From: Zootoca vivipara
Lineage: Eukaryota
Reading direction: 5' to 3'
DNA: 64,000 nucleotides
Assembly (NCBI RefSeq): GCF_963506605.1
Contig: NC_083279.1
Location: 28,086,001-28,150,000, forward strand
The translations under genes and the position numbers were made by a program. A model generated the notes under the pieces. That model searched no databases, was not told the DNA's origin, and saw only the letters and a program-made list of their open reading frames with translations. The stretch's first letter is position 1. Each line of letters opens with the position of its first letter. Below are positions 37,617 through 48,223 of the stretch, in pieces.

Positions 37617-39710
37617 TTTATTGTTTTAATGTTTTAAAATACAAACTTGGTAACAAAAAAAGAAAAATACATACAAAAATTTCAAAAAAATACAAAAAAT
37701 ACACAAAGTATAAGAACTCACACAGAAATTGCCGAGCAAAAGAAAAAGAAAAAAGAAAATGAAAGAAGTATAAACAACAAAAAATAGCCTTAAAAACAGC
37801 TCTTCCAATTATTCTCTCTGTAATTTACGTTATTCTTATTTTATCGCACATTTATGAATGCTGCATCTGCTTATCATTTCATTTCTTACTATTTATACTA
37901 GGTTCAGCCTAAGTCTGCTATTAGGTTTTCAGATATTCCATTTTTCAATAAATATTCTTTAAACTTCTTCCATCCCTCCTGTGTGTTTTGTCTCGTTTGT
38001 CCTCTTATCCTTGCTGTTGTTTTTGCCAACTGTAAATATTCTAACATCAGAGTTTGCCAATCTGTTATGCTGGGTAAATTTTTGGATTTCCAATTTGAGT
38101 CACTAGGACTGTTGCTGCTACTGTTCCATACATTAATAATGTCCTTTTTGTTGCTTTAATATCCTCTGGTATTATATTTAATATTCTGGTTTTTTCTGAA
38201 TGTATGTTTTAGTAGTTTTTTAAATTCTTCATAAATCATATTCCAATAATTACAAATGATGGGGCAACTCCACCACATGTGTATAAAAGATCCCTTTTCT
38301 CCACTACACCTCCAGCACACAGACGATTTGTTTTTATACATTTTGGCAAGTTTCTCTGGTGTTTGGTACATCATCTTTAGTATATTCTCCCTTAGATTAT
38401 AACAGGCAGTAAATTTCATATCCTCCTTCCACAATCTTTCCCATTGTTCTACTAGGACATTATATCTGAGATCTTGGGCCCATTTTATCATTACTGTTTT
38501 TGTTTGTTCTTCTTTAAGTTCCCATTCTAGCAGCAGATCGTATAGGCGTGAAATATATTTTCCTTTTCTCTGAGTCAATTCTATTACAAATTTTGATTTT
38601 TCTTTTGCAAGTCCCAATTTTTTGTCTAAAATAAACCTTTGATTTATTTGGAAACATTGTAGCCAATCAGACAGAAGTTCTTTTATTTCTTCATATTTCT
38701 TTAGACATAACTCCTTTTGTTTCTTTTCTAATAGTTCCTGGTATGTGGCATTTTTAACTTCCATATTAAGTTTTTTCACTGTTACCACCTCTTTTGGTGA
38801 TACCCACAAAGGTATTTTGGGCTCCAGGATTCCCTGATATTTTGCCCAGATTAAATATAATGACTTCCTTATCAGATGGTTTAAAAAGCCTTTGTGGGCT
38901 TTGACCATATCGTAAATTAAGTATGAATGCCAACCGAATCGGTTGTCCACCCCTTCTAGATCAAGTAATTCTGGATCCTTTAAGGTTATCCATTCTTTTA
39001 ACCAGACTAGTCCTGCTGCCGCATGGTATAATTCTAAGTCCGGGAGAGCAAATCCCCCCTTTTCTTTTTTGTCGGTCAGCAGTTGGTATTTAATCCTAGG
39101 TCTTCTACCATTCCAAATAAATTCTGTTATTTCTTTTCTCCATTCCGTGAAACATTTCATACCTCCCAGAATTGGTATAGTTTGAAACAAAAACATCTTC
39201 TTCGGAAGTATGTTCATTTTGACAATTGATATTCTTCCCCACAATGATAGAGACAGCTTGTTCCACATTTCCATATCTTTCTTAATTTCCCCCCATACTT
39301 TCTTATAGTTGTCATCATATAATTTTATACATTTTGGTGTTATCCAAATGCCTAGGTACTTTCCTTTGGTTTTGATTTCTAGTCCTGTCTGTTGTTGTAA
39401 CTCTTTCCTCTCTTTTGCATCCATATTTTTGGTGAGTCACATCGTTTTTTTGATAATTAATTTTCAAACCTGCCACCTTCCCATAAAACTTAATTATTTC
39501 TAATGCTTTTGGTATATTTTCTTTAGGATCTTGAGTTATTATTATTAGATCGTCAGCAAATGCTCTAACCTTGTAGGTATTTTCTCCAACTGCTATTCCC
39601 TTTAGTTTATTTTCATTTCTGATATTATTTAGGAGAATTTCTAACACCATTATAAACAATAGCGGAGAAAGGGGGCATCCCTGCCTGGTTCCTTTTGTTA
39701 TTGGGAAGCT
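37569..39710 (-). mobile_element. 5'-truncated L1-clade LINE (ORF2 RT and C-terminus, frameshifted)
   Basis: KGTRQGCPLSPLLF and AFADDL motifs, YLGI, GGFALPD, CWRC...HMWWSC; 17-bp TSD AGAACACAGTAA[T/C]AGTT at 37552 and 39711. Confidence 0.92.
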
Positions 39711-40190
39711 AGAACACAGTAACAGTTATCAACCTATATAGAAGTTCAGTGAGCTTAATATAGCCCTATGGAAAAACCCCGTGTTAAAGCCTTCAGTAAC
39801 ACACAATCAGACATTCTCCATTTCATTGTCAATTAAACAATTATATTTAACAGTGGCTAGTAGCTATTTTAGCCTTTTTCTCCATAAATGTGTCTATTTT
39901 TTCTATTTTATTTTATTTATTTTATTTCTATACCACTTTATATTTTTAAGAAAAATCTGAAAGCGCTTTACAGCATATTAAATCAATAAAACATAAATAA
40001 AACAATCTGAAGAAAGTCAAATATAGAGTATACAGTCAAAGTAACATAACAGAAAATTAAATATTATCTTAAAGATTTCATAATAAAACATTACAAAGGA
40101 GGTCAGCTACAGAATACATGTTTAACAAAGTAGGGTTGGGTGAGTCTGGGTGAGTCTAATTCTCTTTTAAAGCCATCCAATCATCTAAGC

Positions 40191-40326
40191 CGGTGGTGGC
40201 CAAACTTGGCCCTCCAGCTGTTTTGGGACTACAATTCCCATCATCCCTGACCACTGGTCCTGTTAGCTAGGGATGATGGGAGTTGTAGTCCAAAAACAGC
40301 TGGAGGGCCAAGTTTGGCCACCACTG
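40191..40326. mobile_element. ~136-bp hAT-type MITE
   Basis: Same family; 8-bp TSD ATCTAAGC. Confidence 0.85.
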
Positions 40327-40463
40327 ATCTAAGCAATACTTCAAAGATAGCACTGAATCAATAGCAAGATTAGTTCTAGCTTGAGACACATTTTATTAGA
40401 TAGGGTTTGTTCCGTGTAAATGTATTAAGACTTTAGACTGAAGAAAGCATTCTGGAAAACGTG

Positions 40464-40533
40464 GAAGAAGAAGAAGAAGAAGAAGAAGAAGAAGAAGAAG
40501 AAGAAGAAGAAGAAGAAGAAGAAGAAGAAGAAG
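40464..40533. repeat. (GAA)n microsatellite
   Basis: Direct reading. Confidence 0.95.
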
Positions 40534-41744
40534 ATAATATTTACCTTTAGTTGCTTTTCTTTATTTGCAAAAGCAAGTCTTCTTCAAAGGGTTTCCTTTT
40601 GTATTCTGAAAATAGAACAGTGGCTCATTTCAATTTGTTCGGAAGATTTCAAAGAGCACAGCTGAAAACAAAGATGTTTATGAGCACCCACCGGGTGATG
40701 TGGTTGAATGACCTGGTTTGGGACAAATGTAAAGAAGCAATCTGGTTTGATGTAAGAGTTCTATGCATGATGTGTGACTGATAAGATGAAAACAGAAGAG
40801 TGCTGTTTTATAATGGCTCTGCTTGCTGGCGCTATCAGCCTAGGTTTTGTGACTTTCCCAATTTTCCCAGAATAAAAACTGCTTTATGTTAGGAATTCAT
40901 GGGGCAACCCTATGCTAAGGTTACCAGATTTTTTTCAACGAGTCTGGGGACACTTTTCAACTTCCTACTAAATAGATGGATTTTGTCAGGGGACTGATTT
41001 GTAAATCCTTGGACTGTCCCCGGAAATGGGGACGTCTGGTAACCTTATCCTATGAACACACTTCCCACTCAACACAGTGGAAATCACATCCTGGTAAATG
41101 TTCATAGGAATGTGCAGCTCAGAATTTAAGGCACCTCGTGTATATTATTGCCAGTAGCCAGTAGTGACTATTCTGCTATGTGCACTATGGATGCACTGAA
41201 ATAGTTGCAATGAGAGAAAGTGAAATGTTCTACCTGAGCTCCAAATAGCTTTGTGGGATCTGTGGCTTTCAAAACAGCTAGTGATAGTTTGTAGGGGAAT
41301 GCATTTCCTAATATGCATTTAATTGCATCCAGAAGGAATCACAGTATGAGAATGTAAGCAAGCCTTGGCAGATGATTTCTGAATGGTTCTGGCATTTTTT
41401 TCATGGCTGGCTCTAACAAAAGAACATGTGAGAAACATATTTACTGTATTTCCTTACAAATTACAAAAAGTTATATGACCTCATTCTTCTCCTGCCAATT
41501 TCCTCCCCATGTTAGTTCTCAGTCTATGTTCTTCAGCAGATTTAACACTGAGTTTAACATCATTGCAAATTTGATGCTACAGCTAAAATTCAGAAAGAAA
41601 AGCACAGCTACTAGCCAGGATGTCTGTACTTTGTCTCCGCGGTTGGAGTAAGCATGCTTCTGAATACCTACTGTACAAACTTGGGCTCTTTGCAGATGAC
41701 CTGATGGTCACAGCCCCAGACCCCATAAACATAACAACCACATT

Positions 41745-42400
41745 AAGCAAAGAACAGGTCAGCCAAGGGTGAACACCTGGATAGGCGAAAAGCCGGGAAC
41801 AGGCTATGTCCACCAACCAGATGTCCCCCTGTGAGTCCCTGGATTCCTTTAACAGAATACCCTTCACATAGGGATGGCAAGACAATTCTCCCATACCTAT
41901 CACCTGAACCAGTGCCTATCCACAACCTTACAAGTTGTAATGATTTGCTACGTGGCAGGCAAAACCCAAATGGCAACAGCCAATCAGCCAAGTGGGGAAA
42001 ATTCCTGCTGTGCCCCTGTCCCAACGACAGACGACACACGACGGCATAGCAAGTTCAAGTGCAACCAAGCCCTAAAAGTAGGGAGAGGTGGATGGGTGTT
42101 CTGAATGCACGGGCCAAAAGAGGAAGCTCTGGGTCACATGCATGGGTATATATAGGTCCCTCGATCCATTTGGACTGCGCCCCATTGGCCAGATTGAACC
42201 CGACATCGAGGAACCTACCAATCGTGTGTTGTGGCTGACCAATCTTACCCACCCACAACACAGGAGGTCAGTCTCCAGGTCTCACCGCAACACATGCCCT
42301 CTTTTAGGGAGGACACGATTTGTCTCCCATCTAGATCAGGCCCACACTTGCATAGCTTCGTTTGGCTTTTTGTTCCTAGAACATCCCTGGGTCAACCAGT
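41745..42400 (-). mobile_element. Putative LTR-like repeat of unknown family
   Basis: GC-richer block with minus-strand CCAAT (42188-42184) and TATATATA (42154-42147); termini and TSD not resolved. Confidence 0.35.
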
Positions 42401-43624
42401 TTGAAACACTGACTTTCACCACCCATAAGCATTTCAGTCAGTTCATGCTCTTGTTCAGCAGATTTTTATGTATCATGGAAACCTCTTCAAGGAGCCAAAC
42501 AAATAAACGAAGACTGATACGGTTAACTGTGTCTAGGAGGAAATGCCACAAGCAAGAGGCAATCTTCCTTCCGCCTTCATAACATGATACGTATAAAGAC
42601 AGATACACAAAAACAATTGTCAAGTGATTTGGAATTATTTTCCCACAACTGATTCCAGCTGCTTTCTTGAGCATCGTCCAACGGCAGAGGGAAACTCTGT
42701 TCCCAGAGATAAACCGACACTTGAAAGGCTTTTGAGCAGCCTAAGGACACTACTGCAATCCCTAAGGAAGGAATCATAAAAGAAAATAATCCAAAAATAA
42801 AAAATAAAGAGCTGGTCAATTAATGAAAAGAATGAAAATGCATCTGCAGTTTTAGATGGAATCTGCCCACCCGCACAAAAAAGTAAAAAGAATCAGGAAC
42901 CCAATATGTATGATCAACTTGTTTCTCCTTCTTTGCTTTAATTAAGTAAAGTGCGCTTGTCTGCTTTAAAAATGGTTTGGCTTGTAAACAGTTAACTAAA
43001 TAAGGGGGTGGGGAAGGTGGTAGTTTACCTCTACAATATCTCTGAGGTAGGGATGAACCGCTAGGAGTAAATATACTGCACATATCACATTACCACTTCC
43101 TCTACTTATGTTTGAAGCATGTTATATATATTTTTATTTTAAAAAAATTAGTTGGGGGGGGGGTTTGCCTGGGATTTATTCCACAGTCTAGACATAGAAG
43201 AAAAAAGGCAGACAACTACAACCAGAGGAAAAATCTAATTTGAATCCTATACACTTTATGCTTACAAAATTAGATTAGAATAATCATGTGGCATGAAGTG
43301 CAATGGTGTATTGCTGCACATATTCTTAACCAAGCTCCTGTGTGGTGCCTGCAAATTATAACTATTGGCCGATGATTATGCAATAGTTCCACTGATGAAT
43401 CTCTATTGCTGTGTTCTAATTCATTTGTTAGCTTTGTTGCCAAATTTCATCTCTGACTTTTGCTGTTGTAACAGCCTTACCTGGTTCAATGTTTTTAAAT
43501 AAAATAAACAAGATTTTGTTGTGCCAGTTTCTGAAGATTAGACATCGTATGTTAAGCTGTTTTCTTTTTAAAAAGCTGTTTAAAAAACCCTATGAAAATA
43601 TGAAAGGTTGACTTAATTACAAAA

Positions 43625-43785
43625 TAAAAAATCCTTCCAGTAGCACCTTAGAGACCAAATAAGTTTGTCATAGGTATGAGCTTTCGTGTGCATGCACACT
43701 TCGTCAGATACACTGAAACACTGTATTTTTTATTTTTTATTTTTATTTTGACTGCGTCAGACCAACACGGCTACCTACCTGTTCC
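43625..43785 (+). mobile_element. Penelope-like remnant (inverted arm plus 3' tail)
   Basis: TTACAAAA direct repeats at 43617-43624 and 43786-43793; tail CAGACCAACACGGCTACCTACCTGT. Confidence 0.75.
43674..43711 (-). ncRNA. Minimal type I hammerhead ribozyme, CUGACGA variant
   Basis: Minus strand GTAT CTGACGA A GTGTGCATGCACAC GAAA GC TC ATAC; differs from the other copies only at the free N of CUGANGA. Confidence 0.75.
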
Positions 43786-43972
43786 TTACAAAACTTACAG
43801 TACAAGTAACATTTTTTCACTAAAACTGTGAAAATACTTGAATTTTGGATACAATACATACAGTACTAGACTATGTACATTATGGGCACACAGAATCTTG
43901 TTTTGTGGGAATTAGCTCCAAGGGAACATACTGTTTTACTTACAGGCACTATAGCAGCTCTACATCTCCTTT

Positions 43973-44869
43973 AAATCAGAACCAGTGAGGGCAGTGAAGG
44001 TCCTTGTGTGAGTGCCTGGGGGCAGTTAGATGATGGATGGCGGCTAACAGATTGAGGTTGAATCCTTACAAGACAGAAGTACTGTTTTTGGGGAACAGGG
44101 GGCGGGTGGGTGTGGAGGACTCCCTGGTCCTGAATGGGGTAACTGTGCCCCTGATGGGCCAGGTGTGTAGCCTGGAAGTCATTTTGGAGGCGAAGGTCCA
44201 TTCTGTGTCCAAGGCAGCTGACTACCAGCTCCACCTGGTACGCAGGCTGAGACCCTACCTGCCCACGGACTGTCTCGCCAGAGTGGTGCATGCTCTGGTT
44301 ATCTCCCACTTGGACTACTGCAAAGAGCTCTACGTGGGGCTACCTTTGAACATGACTCGGAAACTGCAATTAATCCAGAATGCAGCAGCTAGACTGGTGA
44401 CTGGAAGTGGCCACCAAGACCATATAACACCAGTCCTGAATGACCTACATTGGCTCCCAGTACATTTCCAAGCACAATTCAAAGTGTTGGTGCTGACCTT
44501 TAAAGCCCTAAACGGCCTCGGTCCAGTATACCTGAAGGATCGTCTCCACCCCCATCATTCAGCCCAGACACTGAGGTCCAACTCCAAGGGCCTTCTGGCG
44601 GTTCCCTCAAAGCAAGAAGTGAGGTTGCAGGGAACCAGGCAGAGGGCCTTCTCGGTAGTGGCGCTCACCCTGTGGAACCCCCTCCCATCAGATGTCAAAG
44701 AGAAAAACAACTACCAGACTTTTAGAAAACATTTGAAGGCAGCCCTGTTTAGGGAAGTTTTTAATGTTTAATGCTGTATCATGTTTTTAATATTCAGTTG
44801 GAAGCCGCCCAGAGTGGCTGGGGAAACCCAGCCAGATGGGCAGAGTAACAACAACAACAACAACAACAA
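43973..44869 (+). mobile_element. L2 LINE 3' fragment
   Basis: WMAANRLRLNP.KTE, SHLDYC, LQLIQNAAARL, HITPVL..LHWLP; (CAA)n tail. Confidence 0.92.
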
Positions 44870-46006
44870 TCCAGTCTTCCCCAACTTGGTGCCCCCCAAA
44901 TGTTGAGTAATACAATTCCCATCAGCCTCAGCCACCACATGTTGGCCAGGACAGATGGGAATAGCAGTTCAAAACCTCTGAATGCTGCTCTCTACTATTA
45001 ACAAGGCGTCTGACATAAAACTTTTTTTGTGAAAGATAAAACAAAACTTCTGAGTTACCCATTGGACCCCTTCATTTGTTGTGTTGTGTTTTATCTTTTA
45101 CCTTCCAAAAAGAAAAGAGAATAGAATCTAAAATCATTATTACATACAGAATTTATTGTTTGAAAACATTGTGGTTAACTCGACACAGACAAGATCCTTT
45201 TGGGGATTGCAACAAGGGACCGAAAGCATTGTTACATTGCTGATCACATCATTTTCTGGAAGGAATATAATGACGAGCCAAGTAGTTTCTGGAAAATCAA
45301 CTTGGGTCTGAAATAATATTACATTTCCCTTCCCATTTCCCCCAAAGACAGATCGTCCAACATGACAGCTGCCTTTCATTCTCTAGCTACCGACCTTTGA
45401 ACAAAAGCAAAACAAAAAACAGAGTCACCTATGGAAGTAATTATAGTTACATATGCCTTCTTTTCTACTGATGTAGAATCATTAAATGAATCCTTTGAAA
45501 ATGAAGCAACTCTCAGACAGAGGTCACTGAACAAATATGGAGAGGTTTTTGGAAAATCAGCCAATTTGCGGTTACTATGACATCAGCACCTGGCATTGAA
45601 AGAAGAAAGGCTGACTTCTTTCTTTCAGCAAAAGCGTTGCAACACAGATTTTATCTTTGTCCATAGGGTGCAGCTGCTAATCTCAGAACAAAAGCTTTCC
45701 AAAGCTTAGAACTACTAGTGCTGGAAAAAATATCTTGGCTCCCAAACTGTTCGTAAGCCCTTTTTATTTAATGCATACACAGGTAAGACGTTGACAGATC
45801 CATACATTATATTCTAGTGCACTACATTGGACACATTTGCCAGCATCCAAATGCAGGCAATGAGAAATGAGAAACTCATTTCAAGAGAGCTTTAGACAGG
45901 TTTAGACAGCAGCTTCCAATTCCGCATGGTGAACAGCTTTTAGAACTGAGGGGAGATTCAAAGCAGTTTGGAATATTGGGTAGGAAAAACTGTTCAATGT
46001 TATGAG

Positions 46007-46142
46007 CAAGCATCCCCAAACTCGGCCCTCCAGATGTTTTGGGACTACAACACCCATCATCCCTATCTAACAGGACCAGTGGTCAGGGACGATGGGAATT
46101 GTAGTCACAAAACTTCTGGAGAGCTGAGTTTGGGGATACCAG
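46007..46142. mobile_element. ~136-bp hAT-type MITE
   Basis: Same family; flanks GTTATGAG / GTTATGAA. Confidence 0.8.
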
Positions 46143-46193
46143 GTTATGAAGTCATTCAAATGGGGATTGCACAAACAGTTCTTTCTATTACTG

Positions 46194-46537
46194 CATAGCT
46201 GCCAAGTTCCGGCCTGAGAAATAAGGGACTGGACCGGAAGGAACAGACCGGAAGTAGCGATGCCGCCATTTTGGAACTGGGCGGAGCATGCTCAGAAGCT
46301 ACTTTTGATGCTGCTCTGCCCTGTTCCAAAATGGCCACCGCATCAGAAGTCACGCTGTGGCCATTTTGGAACTGGGCAAAGCAGCATCAAAAGTTGCTTC
46401 TGAGCATGCTCCGCCCAGTTCCAAAATGGCCGTCGCGCCAGAATAAACCGAGAAAAAACAAAAAAATCCATTTTTCGGCTAGGGACAGCTGGAAAAACGG
46501 GGGTTTCCCAGGGAATATGGGAGACTTGGCAGCTATG
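46194..46537. mobile_element. MITE with the same CATAGCTGCCAAGT TIRs and internal inverted repeats
   Basis: TIRs plus TTACTG flanking repeat. Confidence 0.75.
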
Positions 46538-46657
46538 TTACTGATCTAAGTGTTTTTATTCATTCCACATTAATAGTTTCAAGAAATGAGAGTAGTATTG
46601 AATACTCCTATTTGGGAGTGGAGTACTCCTATTCACAAAATGTTGCAATGTGGAGTA

Positions 46658-46868
46658 CAGTGGTACCTCGGGTTAAGAACTTAATTCGTTATGGAGGTCT
46701 GTTCTTAACCTGAGGCATCACTTTAGCTAATGGGGCCACCGTGCCGCCGCTGCACAATTTCTGCTCTCATCCTGAAGCAAAGTTCTTAACCTGAGGTACT
46801 ATTTCTGGGTTAGCGGAGTCTGTAACCTGAAGCATCTAAACAAGCGTCTGTAACCCGAGGTAACACTA
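46658..46868. mobile_element. Tc1/mariner (Tigger-like) MITE
   Basis: CAGTGGTACCTCGGGTTA TIR, TA flanks. Confidence 0.75.
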
Positions 46869-47149
46869 TACTCTTATTTGGGGTCGCTGCAGCTATGTGT
46901 TTTTACAGAAAGCATCATTTCACACCACCTCCCCACAAGTGTCAGTTAGCCTTCCTTGCTCACTGAGCATGCCCAGTCTTTATTGGGCTGTTTATGGTTT
47001 GCCTCCCCCATTGGTCCCTCCCCCCTTAAGTTTTTTTTTTTTTTTGTAGTTTTACAAATCCCAAGCCTCCTGATACCCACGCCTCTTGTATATGGACAGT
47101 ACCATTTTGGCTGCCAAAGGATCCACACTCAGCAAATGAATTAGATAAA

Positions 47150-47500
47150 AGTTCACTAAAAGACTGGAGGCCTTTTTATTAGGAATCGTGACAACAGAAA
47201 TTAAGAAGAAGTTAGACCACTATTCATGTATGCCACTACTGCAGCCAGGATAGTAATGGCGAGAAATTGGAAAAGCGAAACCATCCCCTCAAAAACCAAA
47301 CGGCAGACCAAACTGATAGAATACCTACAAATAGCAAGGATAACAGGGATAGTGAGAGGAAAATCGATACAAGATGTTAATAAAGAATGGATAGTAATTA
47401 AAGAATACTGTACCTCAAAGGTTACTGTGATAACAAAAGCTTTGTGGCAGATATTAAATGAGGCTTGTAACATAAGGTAATGTCAGAGAAAGCTAGAATC
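47150..47500 (+). mobile_element. L1-clade ORF2 C-terminal fragment
   Basis: MYATTAARIVMARNWK, same motif as the other L1 copies. Confidence 0.75.
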
Positions 47501-47914
47501 AAGAAGGAGAAAAAAGATTAATTTCAAAATAGTTCAACGGGTATATTCGGAAGGTTCTTTTTTATTGTAAACAAAATCATTTTCTATGTCTTTTTTCTAT
47601 TCCTTTTCTCCTTTTTTCTTTTTTCTTTTTCTTCATTCTTTTCTATATTTGTAGTTTGTAATGTCTGTAATGTAACATTTATATTATATTATCAAGCTCA
47701 ATATTGTCTACACAGGCTGGCAGTGGCTCTCCAGGGTGTTCGACAGGGACCTTCCATGCAAGGCCAATGCTCTACCACTTTAAGAGCCCACTAGATGAGC
47801 TATGGCCCTTCTGACACACCTTCTGCTTCTGCAAGGAGCAGCCTTATTTCTGACTAGTGTGAGGAGCCTCAAGCAGCAGATTTGAGAGGTAAATTAACTG
47901 GCAACAATTTGCAA

Positions 47915-47925
47915 TTTATTTTATT
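47915..47925 (-). terminator. IL1R2 polyadenylation signal (two overlapping AATAAA)
   Basis: Plus-strand tttattttatt, about 170 nt after the IL1R2 stop. Confidence 0.65.
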
Positions 47926-48095
47926 AATATATATATATATTTTACCACCGTGGGAAATTACATCAGGCTTTCCTGCCTGTGCCAGCAAAATGTCTTGGGT
48001 GATTTTTGTTTTCATCCAAAAGGTTTCTTGATATATTGGAGCAGATTACCGAGCGGTTGGTTTGTTTTTATGCTAAAAGAAGAACATTTTGTCCT

Positions 48096-48223
48096 TTAGG
48101 ATTTGGCTGCAATATATCCCCTTGCTGATCTTCTCTTCCAACATTTATGCAGGCACACTCCTCCCGCAATCGCGACAACGAGAGCCACAGGAATGAGTGC
48201 CAAGTACCAAGACGTATCGCGTT
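48096..48223 (-). CDS. IL1R2: IL1R2 last exon (TM plus short cytoplasmic tail)
   Basis: ERDTSWYLALIPVALVVAIAGGVCLHKCWKRRSARGYIAAKS*; T-rich acceptor ending taTAG. Confidence 0.9.

Noticed and set aside
38156-39424. 422-aa ORF as a host gene
   Set aside because: Frameshifted L1 ORF2 remnant bounded by a TSD
42577-45564. Short minus-strand ORFs (42577-42819, 45140-45564) as an extra gene between IL1R2 and IL1R1
   Set aside because: No Ig, TIR or other motif and no convincing exon chain
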